A stretch of 64,000 bases of DNA from Candidatus Latescibacterota bacterium. GTDB lineage: Bacteria; Latescibacterota; UBA2968; GCA-2709665. The notes below the pieces were generated by a model. The model had not been told where the DNA came from. It did not search any database and was given only the letters and a program-made list of their open reading frames with translations. How positions within the stretch are numbered: the stretch's first letter is position 1; each line of letters begins with the position of its first letter. Made by a program: the position numbers and the translations under genes. Positions 53,328 to 61,846 of this stretch are shown here, piece after piece. Location of the stretch: contig OZ241917.1 of assembly GCA_965203805.1 (NCBI GenBank), forward strand, positions 1,056,001 through 1,120,000, read 5' to 3'.

Positions 53328-54000
53328 TGAACTCCCTGACGCAAGGGAATCGGGTTGAACCGTCTGCTGCCTGTAAAATCCCGGATATTCGGACGTTTAC
53401 TCACGGGGCGACCCGGCCACGAGGACTGCAACAACCCAAGCATACCTCGCACGTCCGAACGGACGCAAGCCTGGGTTGCGAACTCTGCCGACGGCCGCGA
53501 ACCAGATTTCCCTTGAACCATTGGAGAAAGCCTGAGGATTTCCAACGTTCAGGCCAAAGATTACGGGGAGCGCTGTATCGTTGACACGATACTTCTGTGC
53601 AGGCGTGGAAAAAGTCAGGTATTTGACGCTCCTGGTAAGACAAAATGACACCAATAACCACAATGCATGTCAAGGCAAAACTGCACCTTCTTCGTGATAG
53701 TGGCGAACACTCGCCGTGATGACGGTCGTAGTACGCGACGCCCTCGGGAATTCCGCACGCTCACGGTCCACATTTGCGAACGTCCCGGCGAGTCTCGCCG
53801 TACGCGATCCACCGCCGCGCATCCAATCCGAATACCCTGGCCTGGCCCGAAAAAGCGCGCAACTCTCAGGCGGGCAAGGCGTCTGACTCAATGCAGGCAA
53901 TGATCATCCTTTGGGACAGGAATCCCGGAGGACGTCGAACGCGATTTCCACGATGAATTTCATGGAGGATTGCATGGACGCGACGAGCATTAGATCGACC

Positions 54001-55329
54001 ATGATGGGAATTCGAAACACGTTCGGACGGTGGTTTCCCGCCGCCGTTGCCGCGGCCCTGATTGCGTCTCACCCCGGATGCGGCGGGGAATCGCCCCTCG
54101 ATCAGACGCCGCCCGTCTCGGAAGAGGTGCGGTCCGAAAAGGCGCGAAAGACCTCACTGTCCGCGTCGGACGTGAAGCTGGGCGATCTTGTGCGGGGAAA
54201 CAGCGCGTTCGCGTTCGACCTGTACCACGCCCTGCGCGAGCGGGAGGGCAACCTGTTCTATTCGCCTCACAGCATCTCGGTGGCGCTGGCAATGACGTAC
54301 ACGGGCGCGCGGGGTGAGACGGCTCGCCAGATGAAGGAGGTACTCAACTATTCACTCTCTCCGGATCAACTGCATCCGGCCTTCAACGTCCTGGACCTCG
54401 AGTTGGAATCTCGCGGCAAAACGAGCAACGGCCAGGATAGCGCGCCTGTTCGGCTGAACATCGCCAATGCGATCTGGGGACAGAAAGAATATCCGTTCCT
54501 CCCTCAATTCCTCGACGCGCTGGCAGAGAACTACGGCGCCGGGATGCGGACCGTGGATTTTATCAAAAATCCAGAGGTGTCGCGAACGGCGATCAACGAC
54601 TGGGTCGCGGACCAGACCGAGGAAAGGATCAAAGACTTGATTCCGGAGGGCGCCATCGACGTTCTGACGCGGCTGGTCCTGTCCAACGCCATCTATTTCA
54701 ACGCGGCATGGCACCTTCCCTTCGACGAAAAACGCACCTCAACCGATTCATTCTATCTGTTGAGCGGCGACCGGGTCGACGTGCCGATGATGCAGCAAGA
54801 CGATGTATTCAACTTCGCCTGGCACGAGGCGTATCAGGCGCAGGTGGTGGAGTTGCTCTACAGGGGTCGTGAAATATCGATGATTATCTTACTCCCCGCC
54901 GAGGGGGAATTCGAACGATTCGAATCCCTGTTGACTTCGGATCTCGTCAGTGAGATTTTAAAAGGCATGAGCCCCGACCGCCTGAGGCTGTCGATTCCGT
55001 CTTTCGAGCTCGAATCCGGTTTCGAGCTTTCCCAAACTCTCGCCGGGATGGGAATGCCGGACGCATTCAACTCGAAATTGGCGGATTTTTCCGGAATGAT
55101 CGAAAAGAACGACGAGAATGACGACCTGTACTGCTCTGCGGTCGTTCACAAGGCCTTTGTCAAGGTGAACGAAAGGGGCACGGAGGCCGCCGCGGCCACG
55201 GGCGTGGTGATGGGGATAGAATCAGCCATGCCAACGTTTAAGGCCAATCGCCCATTTATCTTTCTCATCCGGGATATTCCGACCAACGCCATCCTGTTTG
55301 TCGGGCGGATGCTGGATCCGGAAAAATAA
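54001..55329 (+). CDS. Serpin-family protein, probable lipoprotein (start uncertain)
   Basis: N.FYSPHSI, INDWV..QT..RI.DL, NAIYF...W, V.E.GTEAAAAT hinge, F.ANRPF.F.I, LF.GR; signal peptide ending in PGC. Confidence 0.93.
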   Translation: MMGIRNTFGRWFPAAVAAALIASHPGCGGESPLDQTPPVSEEVRSEKARKTSLSASDVKLGDLVRGNSAFAFDLYHALREREGNLFYSPHSISVALAMTYTGARGETARQMKEVLNYSLSPDQLHPAFNVLDLELESRGKTSNGQDSAPVRLNIANAIWGQKEYPFLPQFLDALAENYGAGMRTVDFIKNPEVSRTAINDWVADQTEERIKDLIPEGAIDVLTRLVLSNAIYFNAAWHLPFDEKRTSTDSFYLLSGDRVDVPMMQQDDVFNFAWHEAYQAQVVELLYRGREISMIILLPAEGEFERFESLLTSDLVSEILKGMSPDRLRLSIPSFELESGFELSQTLAGMGMPDAFNSKLADFSGMIEKNDENDDLYCSAVVHKAFVKVNERGTEAAAATGVVMGIESAMPTFKANRPFIFLIRDIPTNAILFVGRMLDPEK

Positions 55330-55373
55330 ACTTGCGGCTGCCCGCACCCGAATCCGGCAGGTCTCCCGCTCGG

Positions 55374-55408
55374 AATCCGTACGCCGGCAGGGCGTGCGGA
55401 TTTTTTTT
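55374..55408 (+). terminator. Intrinsic terminator after the serpin gene
   Basis: aatccgtacgcc / ggcgtgcggatt stem followed by a T-run. Confidence 0.75.
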
Positions 55409-55441
55409 GCGGCACGGTTCGTCCGATAGACAGGAGGCGCT

Positions 55442-55819
55442 TCAGGCAGGATCCGATTCGCGCTGAAAAAGCTGGAGGAGGACGTCGTTCGGACCGTTGA
55501 AGAAGCTGAGCCGGATATCCGTTCCCTCCGCGTCGAACGGCGCCACGGCAACGTCCACGCCGGCAGCCTCGAGATCGCCGGCGCTGTCGTCCACGTTGCC
55601 TACTTTGAACGAGATATGATGAAAGCCCACGTCTGCCTGCATGGTTTTTTGGGGCATCAGCTCCAGGATGATGTTCCCGGCCTTAAGAAAGACGAAGTCC
55701 TCATCGTCATCATTCGGAAAACGCTCGAGCTCGGTCAGGCCGAGTGTCTCCGTATAGAAGCGTACGGCGCCTTCGATATCGTCGCTCACGACGGCGATTT
55801 TGTGAATATTGTCGATCAT
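55442..55819 (-). CDS. VOC/glyoxalase family protein
   Basis: IA.V.DD.E.A..FY...LGL, LEL, HHISF.V, F..GP....L.L. Confidence 0.88.
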   Translation of the reverse strand: MIDNIHKIAVVSDDIEGAVRFYTETLGLTELERFPNDDDEDFVFLKAGNIILELMPQKTMQADVGFHHISFKVGNVDDSAGDLEAAGVDVAVAPFDAEGTDIRLSFFNGPNDVLLQLFQRESDPA

Positions 55820-55895
55820 TGCGTTCTCCTGTGGTTACGAGGATCGGGCTCCCACTCGTATTTCGATTTCAGAACGCGAATTCGCACGGGCGGCC

Positions 55896-57017
55896 TCAAT
55901 ACAACAGCTCGCGCAGTCGCGGGGGAAGCGATCCCCGCTGTGCAGAATGAAGGTGCGTCAGATCGAGGAGGTCGACGCCATAGAACTTCTGAAATGCTGA
56001 ATGGATCTCCTTTTCGTGGTCGGTTATCGCCGGCAGCGGCAGGTTCAACCAGATCCCGTCCTTGCCGGCCGATTCACGGACACCCATCAGGACTTCGATA
56101 TCCCTTCGGGCGTTGCATGCGCCATATTCCAGGGCCTTGCCGTGAACCGCGGCATCGTACAGACTGCACCAGGCCTCGGCGATGGCAATGCCGTCTTCGC
56201 CCGGCAGATTGTAGGCCTCGAGGGGTCGCTCCCATACGACCAGGGGCGCAGATCCCGCGACGGATCGATGTGTCGTCCCCTTCAGCGCGGCGCCCCGATC
56301 CCCAGTGACGATTTCCAGTTTCCTGTCGTCGCCGTAAAGGTGCAGTTCCAGTCCCCGTATGGCCCCTTCCGTGCCCAGAATCTCCCAGTAACCTTTCTTC
56401 TGCAGATGGTGTTCGTACGTCCCGCGGACCGTGTCGGACCAGCGGATGATACCCCGTTCTCTCACATCCTGTGAGGCCGGGCGGGCGCCTGAAACAGACA
56501 GGGGTCCGGATCCCAGAATCGATCTGATTGCGCTGATGCCGTGGTACGAGCCCGAGGTGTAGGAGAGGTAGAATTCCTCAACCTCGCCGATAAGCCCCTG
56601 CTTGACAATCTTCTGCTTCATCCGTTCGCTGGGCCATCTGCGGGCGTTCTCGGAGACTTCCAGAAAAACGCCGTTATCCTCCGCGGCCCGGATCATCATG
56701 TCGGCGCAGGGCAGCGTGTGGGCGATCGGCGTCTCGGTGAGGATATGGACCTTTCGTTCAGCCAGCACGCGGGCGATCGGGTGATGAATCTCCGGCTGGA
56801 CCGCGATCAGTGCGGTATCCAGCGCCTCGGAGTCGAGCATCTCATCCAGATCCGTGTACGCGTTCGCGCCCAGCTTGCCGGCGACAGAACGCGCCTTCTC
56901 CGCGTCGATATCGCACACGCCGACCAACCGGTACCGGTCGGAGAGGATCGGCAGAACGGCCAGATGCGCGCTTGATCGCCCGCCGAGACCAATGACACCA
57001 GCATTCAAGATTGACAT
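55896..57017 (-). CDS. Gfo/Idh/MocA family oxidoreductase
   Basis: GVIGLG, VGVCD, H.L.ETP, V.EN. Confidence 0.85.
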   Translation of the reverse strand: MSILNAGVIGLGGRSSAHLAVLPILSDRYRLVGVCDIDAEKARSVAGKLGANAYTDLDEMLDSEALDTALIAVQPEIHHPIARVLAERKVHILTETPIAHTLPCADMMIRAAEDNGVFLEVSENARRWPSERMKQKIVKQGLIGEVEEFYLSYTSGSYHGISAIRSILGSGPLSVSGARPASQDVRERGIIRWSDTVRGTYEHHLQKKGYWEILGTEGAIRGLELHLYGDDRKLEIVTGDRGAALKGTTHRSVAGSAPLVVWERPLEAYNLPGEDGIAIAEAWCSLYDAAVHGKALEYGACNARRDIEVLMGVRESAGKDGIWLNLPLPAITDHEKEIHSAFQKFYGVDLLDLTHLHSAQRGSLPPRLRELLY

Positions 57018-57261
57018 GCAACCACATCCTCCCGTTACATGGTCGCAAAGTTGCTGACTCGATCGCCGGCCACGGCGGAACCAGTCGGCGATCGGTACAG
57101 CCGTTCGGAAGGGCCCTGACTGACAACGTCGGGAAGCTTCGGATCTCCCAGCCGGTGCGATTGCCCGCACTCCCGGATCCGCCGTGAATCCGTCCGCGAT
57201 AGAGAAAAAGGCACTCGAAGAGCGCCTCGCGTCGTGTCACCGTATCCAGCCCGCTTGAGGG

Positions 57262-57909
57262 TTACCGGTCCTTTGCGGCCGCCTCCCTCAGCATCTCGAC
57301 AACCTCCGTCTTGTCGCGGTACTCCGCCAGCCAGAGCGCGTTCTTCCCGTTTCTGGCGACGGCGTCGGCGTCGGCGCCCTCATCCAGCAGGCGGCCCACC
57401 ACGTCCGTGTGGCCCCCGTAGGCTGCGTAGATCAGCGGCGTCCAGCCCGAACGCGCGGAGGCATTCACGTCCGCCCCCGCGGTCAACAGGACGTGGACCA
57501 CGCCCGTCAAACCCGCGTCGGCGGCGAGCATCAAAGGCGTCCGCTGGTTCAGATCTCTGACATCCACGACGGCGCCCGCCTCCAGCAGGATCTCGGTGAT
57601 CGTGGAATCCTTCTTGATCGCCGCCTCCATCAGCGCTGTCCGCCTGTAGAGATCGTCATTGACATCGGCGCCGGCGTCGAGCAGGAGTTGAACCACCTCG
57701 GGGACGCCTTTCTTTGCGGCTTCGATCAATGGGGTCGTCCCCCCCTTGCCATCTTCGTTCGCGTCGGCGCCTTCATCAAGAAGCTCCTTTACCCCCTCTT
57801 CATCTCCCTTCCTGACCATGGCGATCAGATCCGTGTCTTCAGCGGATTTGCATGCCGAAAACACCAGAAGCGGGACCAGAACCACAAGATTCAACGCACG
57901 ACGCGCCAT
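57262..57909 (-). CDS. Ankyrin-repeat lipoprotein
   Basis: Lipobox FSAC; repeated TPL..AA..G...VV..LL..GADVN. Confidence 0.9.
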   Translation of the reverse strand: MARRALNLVVLVPLLVFSACKSAEDTDLIAMVRKGDEEGVKELLDEGADANEDGKGGTTPLIEAAKKGVPEVVQLLLDAGADVNDDLYRRTALMEAAIKKDSTITEILLEAGAVVDVRDLNQRTPLMLAADAGLTGVVHVLLTAGADVNASARSGWTPLIYAAYGGHTDVVGRLLDEGADADAVARNGKNALWLAEYRDKTEVVEMLREAAAKDR

Positions 57910-58133
57910 ACGAACACCGGTTTTCGAACCATGTTTTACGCTACAAATCCGCCTTGTGGAAAACGACCGAAACAACACGCTCCTCGCCGAGCCACTCTTC
58001 AAATGCAAATGCCATTGTACGTTCGGCATCTGGAAATCATCAGCGTCACGAACACACCGACCGCCGCTTCGTCCGGAACAACCGTTGGGCCTTCTTGCCG
58101 GATCCGTGGGCCGTCTCGGAATCGGTTTGGCGC

Positions 58134-58556
58134 CTATTCGCCGGATTTGGAGAAAACCAGCGTCAACGTCTGCGCCTGTCCGGCCACCTGCGCGGAAATC
58201 AATATGGTTATCGTATTACCCCCATCCGATACCTGGCCGGATTGGGTGCCGCCGCCGTCGGGCGTGAGCGTCAGGTTCGAACCCGATGAGACGTACCCTC
58301 CCGTCTGTGCGACCCGTACCACGTCATCTGAACCCGCAGTAACGAACGATGCCACAACCGAATACCGGTTTTCGGTCAAGGTCATGATCCCGGAAGCGTC
58401 AGGAGGCGATACTGCCGAGCCCCCGGAAGGCGTCAACCTCAAAAGATCGTAGGACCCCGCCAGCGACCCGGAAGCTACGGGGTTGTTTTCGTCGTCATCG
58501 CCCCCGCAGGCGACAAGGACACAAATCGCCAGCAGACCCAACAGGATGGGCTTCAT
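58134..58556 (-). CDS. Lipoprotein, lipocalin-like beta-barrel
   Basis: Lipobox LVAC, acidic linker, LAGSY.L, beta-rich; RBS AAGGAG. Confidence 0.7.
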   Translation of the reverse strand: MKPILLGLLAICVLVACGGDDDENNPVASGSLAGSYDLLRLTPSGGSAVSPPDASGIMTLTENRYSVVASFVTAGSDDVVRVAQTGGYVSSGSNLTLTPDGGGTQSGQVSDGGNTITILISAQVAGQAQTLTLVFSKSGE

Positions 58557-58842
58557 AAATACGTTCTCCTTCTGGATTTCCGGCGCGGCACCCACACGCG
58601 GAGGGTCTGAACACGCCGGGGCAGCGTTCAATTTCAATATAAATTGCGTACGAGTCTCCGGCAAGCGTTCTTTTGGGCCGCTGGACGTTTCGCACCTCGT
58701 CACCGCCCTCGACAGAGTGGATGTGCAGACGAATGAATTCTCATTTTAAAATTCTGTTTTTTTTGGTGTTGACATTGGAAAAAATCCGAGTTATCGTTGA
58801 CCCTTCCATAGCTATCGGAATCGGATTTATCGGGGGAAACGT

Positions 58843-59154
58843 ATGGCAACGATCACCAAGGCTTCTCTGGCGCGTTATCTTTCGGACAACATCGGCCATC
58901 CCAAAACCAAAGCCTTAGAAGCCGTCGACGTCCTGTTCGAAGCCATGACGTCCTCCATCTGCAATGGAAAGCGAATTGAGATCCGTGGTTTTGGCTCCTG
59001 GGAAGTGAAGGAAACAAAGGAAAAGACCCAGGCGCGCAATCCCAGCACCGGGGAAACGGTTTACGTGCCCGCGCGTCGCAAAGTCATGTTCAAACCCGGT
59101 AAGATTCTGAAAAAGGTGCTTTCCCAGTCCCTGGAATCCGGAGCATCGAAGTAG
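58843..59154 (+). CDS. HU/IHF family DNA-binding protein
   Basis: TITKA.L, G.RIEIRGFG.W, ARNP.TGE.V.VP......FKPGK. Confidence 0.93.
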   Translation: MATITKASLARYLSDNIGHPKTKALEAVDVLFEAMTSSICNGKRIEIRGFGSWEVKETKEKTQARNPSTGETVYVPARRKVMFKPGKILKKVLSQSLESGASK

Positions 59155-59183
59155 ACCTGCGTCCCGAAACGCCGAAACAGCGC

Positions 59184-59990
59184 ATGCGATGGCGTGAAAA
59201 GCTGAACCGGTTTCAGACCGACGGTCCGAACAGGCTCCTGGTGGTCAGCGACTGGGACAGAACGCTGACGCGAGCCACGGCGGAGGACGGCAGAGATCAG
59301 TCTACATGTTCGGTCATTGCGAACAGCGGGCATCTCGGACCGGCCTTCGGACGTCGTTACCGGGAGTTGTTTGACCGCTATCGCGGAATCGAACGCGCGT
59401 CGGATCTACCACGGCACGAGAAGTTGCCCCACCTGCGTCAGTGGTGGACCCGCCAGTTCGATCTGCTGCTCGAATACAAACTCAACGTTCGAATCATTCA
59501 TCGGATTGTCAGCGAAAAACGGCCGCGCCTCCGAGAAGGTGCGCGCCGTTTTTTTTGTCGCCTTCACGACTGCGGCATACCCCTGATCATTCTGTCCGCG
59601 GGCATCAGGCAGATCATCGAAGCCCGGCTCGCCGCTATTGGCGTACCCACCGCAAATGTCGTCATCATCGCCAATGTACTCGACTTCGACACGAAAGGCG
59701 ATGCGGTGGCGTACCATATGCCGCTCATCCACAGCCTGAACAAGACCGGGGCCGGCGCCGAAGCGTTCCCCGGACGCCGGAATCTGCTTCTCCTGGGCGA
59801 CACGCTTGAAGATATCAACATGGCGGCGGGCATCAGCCACGAAAGCCTGCTCAGCTTCGCCTTTCCCGTCGATTTCGACCACATTGAAGACTTTCGTTCC
59901 TTATACGACGTGGTACTCACTCCGGAAGCCTCACTGGAGCCTGTGAATGCAGTCCTGAACGACATATGCGCGCCGTCTCGCCGGCATTGA
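59184..59990 (+). CDS. HAD-family pyrimidine 5'-nucleotidase (cN-III/UMPH-1-like)
   Basis: SDWDRTLT, K...L.QWW, LREG, LSAGI, IHSLNK, LLGDTLEDINM. Confidence 0.8.
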   Translation: MRWREKLNRFQTDGPNRLLVVSDWDRTLTRATAEDGRDQSTCSVIANSGHLGPAFGRRYRELFDRYRGIERASDLPRHEKLPHLRQWWTRQFDLLLEYKLNVRIIHRIVSEKRPRLREGARRFFCRLHDCGIPLIILSAGIRQIIEARLAAIGVPTANVVIIANVLDFDTKGDAVAYHMPLIHSLNKTGAGAEAFPGRRNLLLLGDTLEDINMAAGISHESLLSFAFPVDFDHIEDFRSLYDVVLTPEASLEPVNAVLNDICAPSRRH

Positions 59991-60231
59991 CCGGGCGCGA
60001 CGGGCGTCAAGGTTGACGGCCGGTCTCCCGGACCGGGACGGATGCGCGTGCATCCGCCCGCGTGTAGATATGCGGACCGTTCAACGCGCGTCCTGTTGAT
60101 GCGTCAACGGAACCCGGACGGGCCATGGCGCGTGGCCTGTCCCGCGAAGGAAAGGAGGCGAATCATGAAGGAGATGAATACGCGGAGGGTGGCCGGCCGA
60201 TAAGGACGGCCGACATTCCTTCAGAAAGTCG

Positions 60232-60266
60232 AACCGGGCGCCCCGCAAAAGGGGCGCCCGGTTTTT
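60232..60266. terminator. Intrinsic terminator, possibly bidirectional
   Basis: Perfect 13-bp stem aaccgggcgcccc/ggggcgcccggtt with T-run. Confidence 0.85.
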
Positions 60267-60292
60267 ACTAAATGCACCTGTCCTGTTTACGG

Positions 60293-61660
60293 CTATTCCA
60301 TTCTCATCGGCATCAGAATCGCCTTCCGGTCGGGATGATCCGTGCAGACAAACAGGAGAGCCTTCAGAGGGTCGGTAAAGAAAATGTCCAGCTCTCCATC
60401 GGCCTCGAGCCCGGACACCACGTCGACAAGCAACCCGTGATTAACACCAGTCCTGAATGGGTCCGGACTTCCTTCCAGGTTTACCTGGCCGTCCACCGTG
60501 ATCGCGAACCTCCAGTACGGAACACCGGCCCAGGGGGCATCATCGTTTGAGACCGGAGAACCGGCTTTCTCTTTGGAGACATTATATCCCATGTCTCTCG
60601 ACGTGATCAGTGAAAGCGTCCCGGTTGTCTCGGCAAACTGAATTTCAACTTGCGGCATATACGTCCAGTCATCGGAAACCGGATGGCGAGGTTCCAGATG
60701 CTCTTGGATCAGATCAATTGCTCGCAGCAATTCGCCTGCAGCCAACCTGACGTGAATGCCCGACGCGTTGGGAACAACCGCTTCGTAGTTTACATAGGGC
60801 TCGTCGATAATCGGAATTTTTCGTTTCTCCTCGCCATCGATGCATAGCTCCGCCACCGTCTCGTGGATGGAAATCGTGGCGCGTTCCGCGCCTCGTTTTT
60901 CCAATACGAAACCCGGCCCCAGGAGCACCTGCGACTCCAGGTCCTCTGTGCCTTCAAGTGTGCGCAGCAACAACCTTGCGCCGTCGCCTGAGACGATGCG
61001 TCCGCCCGAATCCAGGCAGACTCCGCAGAGTTTAAGGCGGGATTCGTCGTTGCTCACTAACCGGGTCGCCCAGTGGAGGGCGCTGAGATCCTGTGCGGTA
61101 AGATCGTAGGTTTCTGCGATTCCTGTCATCTCGCTCATCTCCTTTCGGATCCGCTGCCTCGCCTTCTGCAGGCGGCTGCGGACCGTGTTCAATTCGAGGC
61201 CCAGTTGGCTGGCCGTTTCCTTGTAGGAATGGCCCCTGATATAGTGATATTCGATCACGTCCCGATGGGCTCTAGAAAGCCGGCGAATCGCCTGTCTGAT
61301 CATCATCCGAGCTTCCCGCTCCGCCTCCGAATCGTCAACTGCAAGTTCCCGCCATTCCTCGGTCAACAGACGTTCGAATCGAACCTGAACCATCCGTCGC
61401 CGGTACCACTTTCCGGCCGTGTTTTCCGCAATTGTCGAAAGCCACGGGGAAAACCGGCTTGCATCCCGAAGTTGACCCAGGCGCCGAAACGCCTGCAGGA
61501 ATACCTCCTGCGCCAGGTCTTCGGCGTCGTCCGGTTGCCTGACGATTCGGCGGATTCTCGCGAAAACCAGGCCGCCGTGGCGCTCGACGAGGCAGCCGAA
61601 CGCCCATGTCTGTCCTGAACCTGCAAGCCGGACCAGGTCCCGGTCCTCAAGTGGTTCCAA
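60293..61660 (-). CDS. ECF sigma factor fused to a C-terminal DNA polymerase III beta-clamp-like module
   Basis: Sigma2 DAEDLAQEVFL..F..WL..IA.N, sigma4 SY.E.A..L.....TVRSRL.KAR; C-terminal S.DESR..L.GV, V.GDG.RL, Y.NY..V.P, G.N...L.DV, ILMPMR. Confidence 0.85.
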   Translation of the reverse strand: MEPLEDRDLVRLAGSGQTWAFGCLVERHGGLVFARIRRIVRQPDDAEDLAQEVFLQAFRRLGQLRDASRFSPWLSTIAENTAGKWYRRRMVQVRFERLLTEEWRELAVDDSEAEREARMMIRQAIRRLSRAHRDVIEYHYIRGHSYKETASQLGLELNTVRSRLQKARQRIRKEMSEMTGIAETYDLTAQDLSALHWATRLVSNDESRLKLCGVCLDSGGRIVSGDGARLLLRTLEGTEDLESQVLLGPGFVLEKRGAERATISIHETVAELCIDGEEKRKIPIIDEPYVNYEAVVPNASGIHVRLAAGELLRAIDLIQEHLEPRHPVSDDWTYMPQVEIQFAETTGTLSLITSRDMGYNVSKEKAGSPVSNDDAPWAGVPYWRFAITVDGQVNLEGSPDPFRTGVNHGLLVDVVSGLEADGELDIFFTDPLKALLFVCTDHPDRKAILMPMRME

Positions 61661-61846
61661 ATGACGCCCCCCTGCAGGTGTGAAACATCACGCACGCGAC
61701 ATGAATACAGATACCCGGCGTGACGGAAAGTATCCTGCGGAAGAAAAAAATCCCGGCGCCACACCTGCTCGCGTTCCTCAAACAAAAAAGCCACCCGATA
61801 CGGGCGGCAGCTTGCCAGATGCATAATGAAAACGAAACGACGACCG

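Noticed and set aside
53330-53900. Possible attR (duplicate of the tRNA 3' end) or integrase at the far island border
   Set aside because: No copy of ggttcgagtcctgcagggcccacca found by eye and no integrase ORF; a minus-strand ggttcaacccgattccc stretch near 53345-53361 is too weak to call
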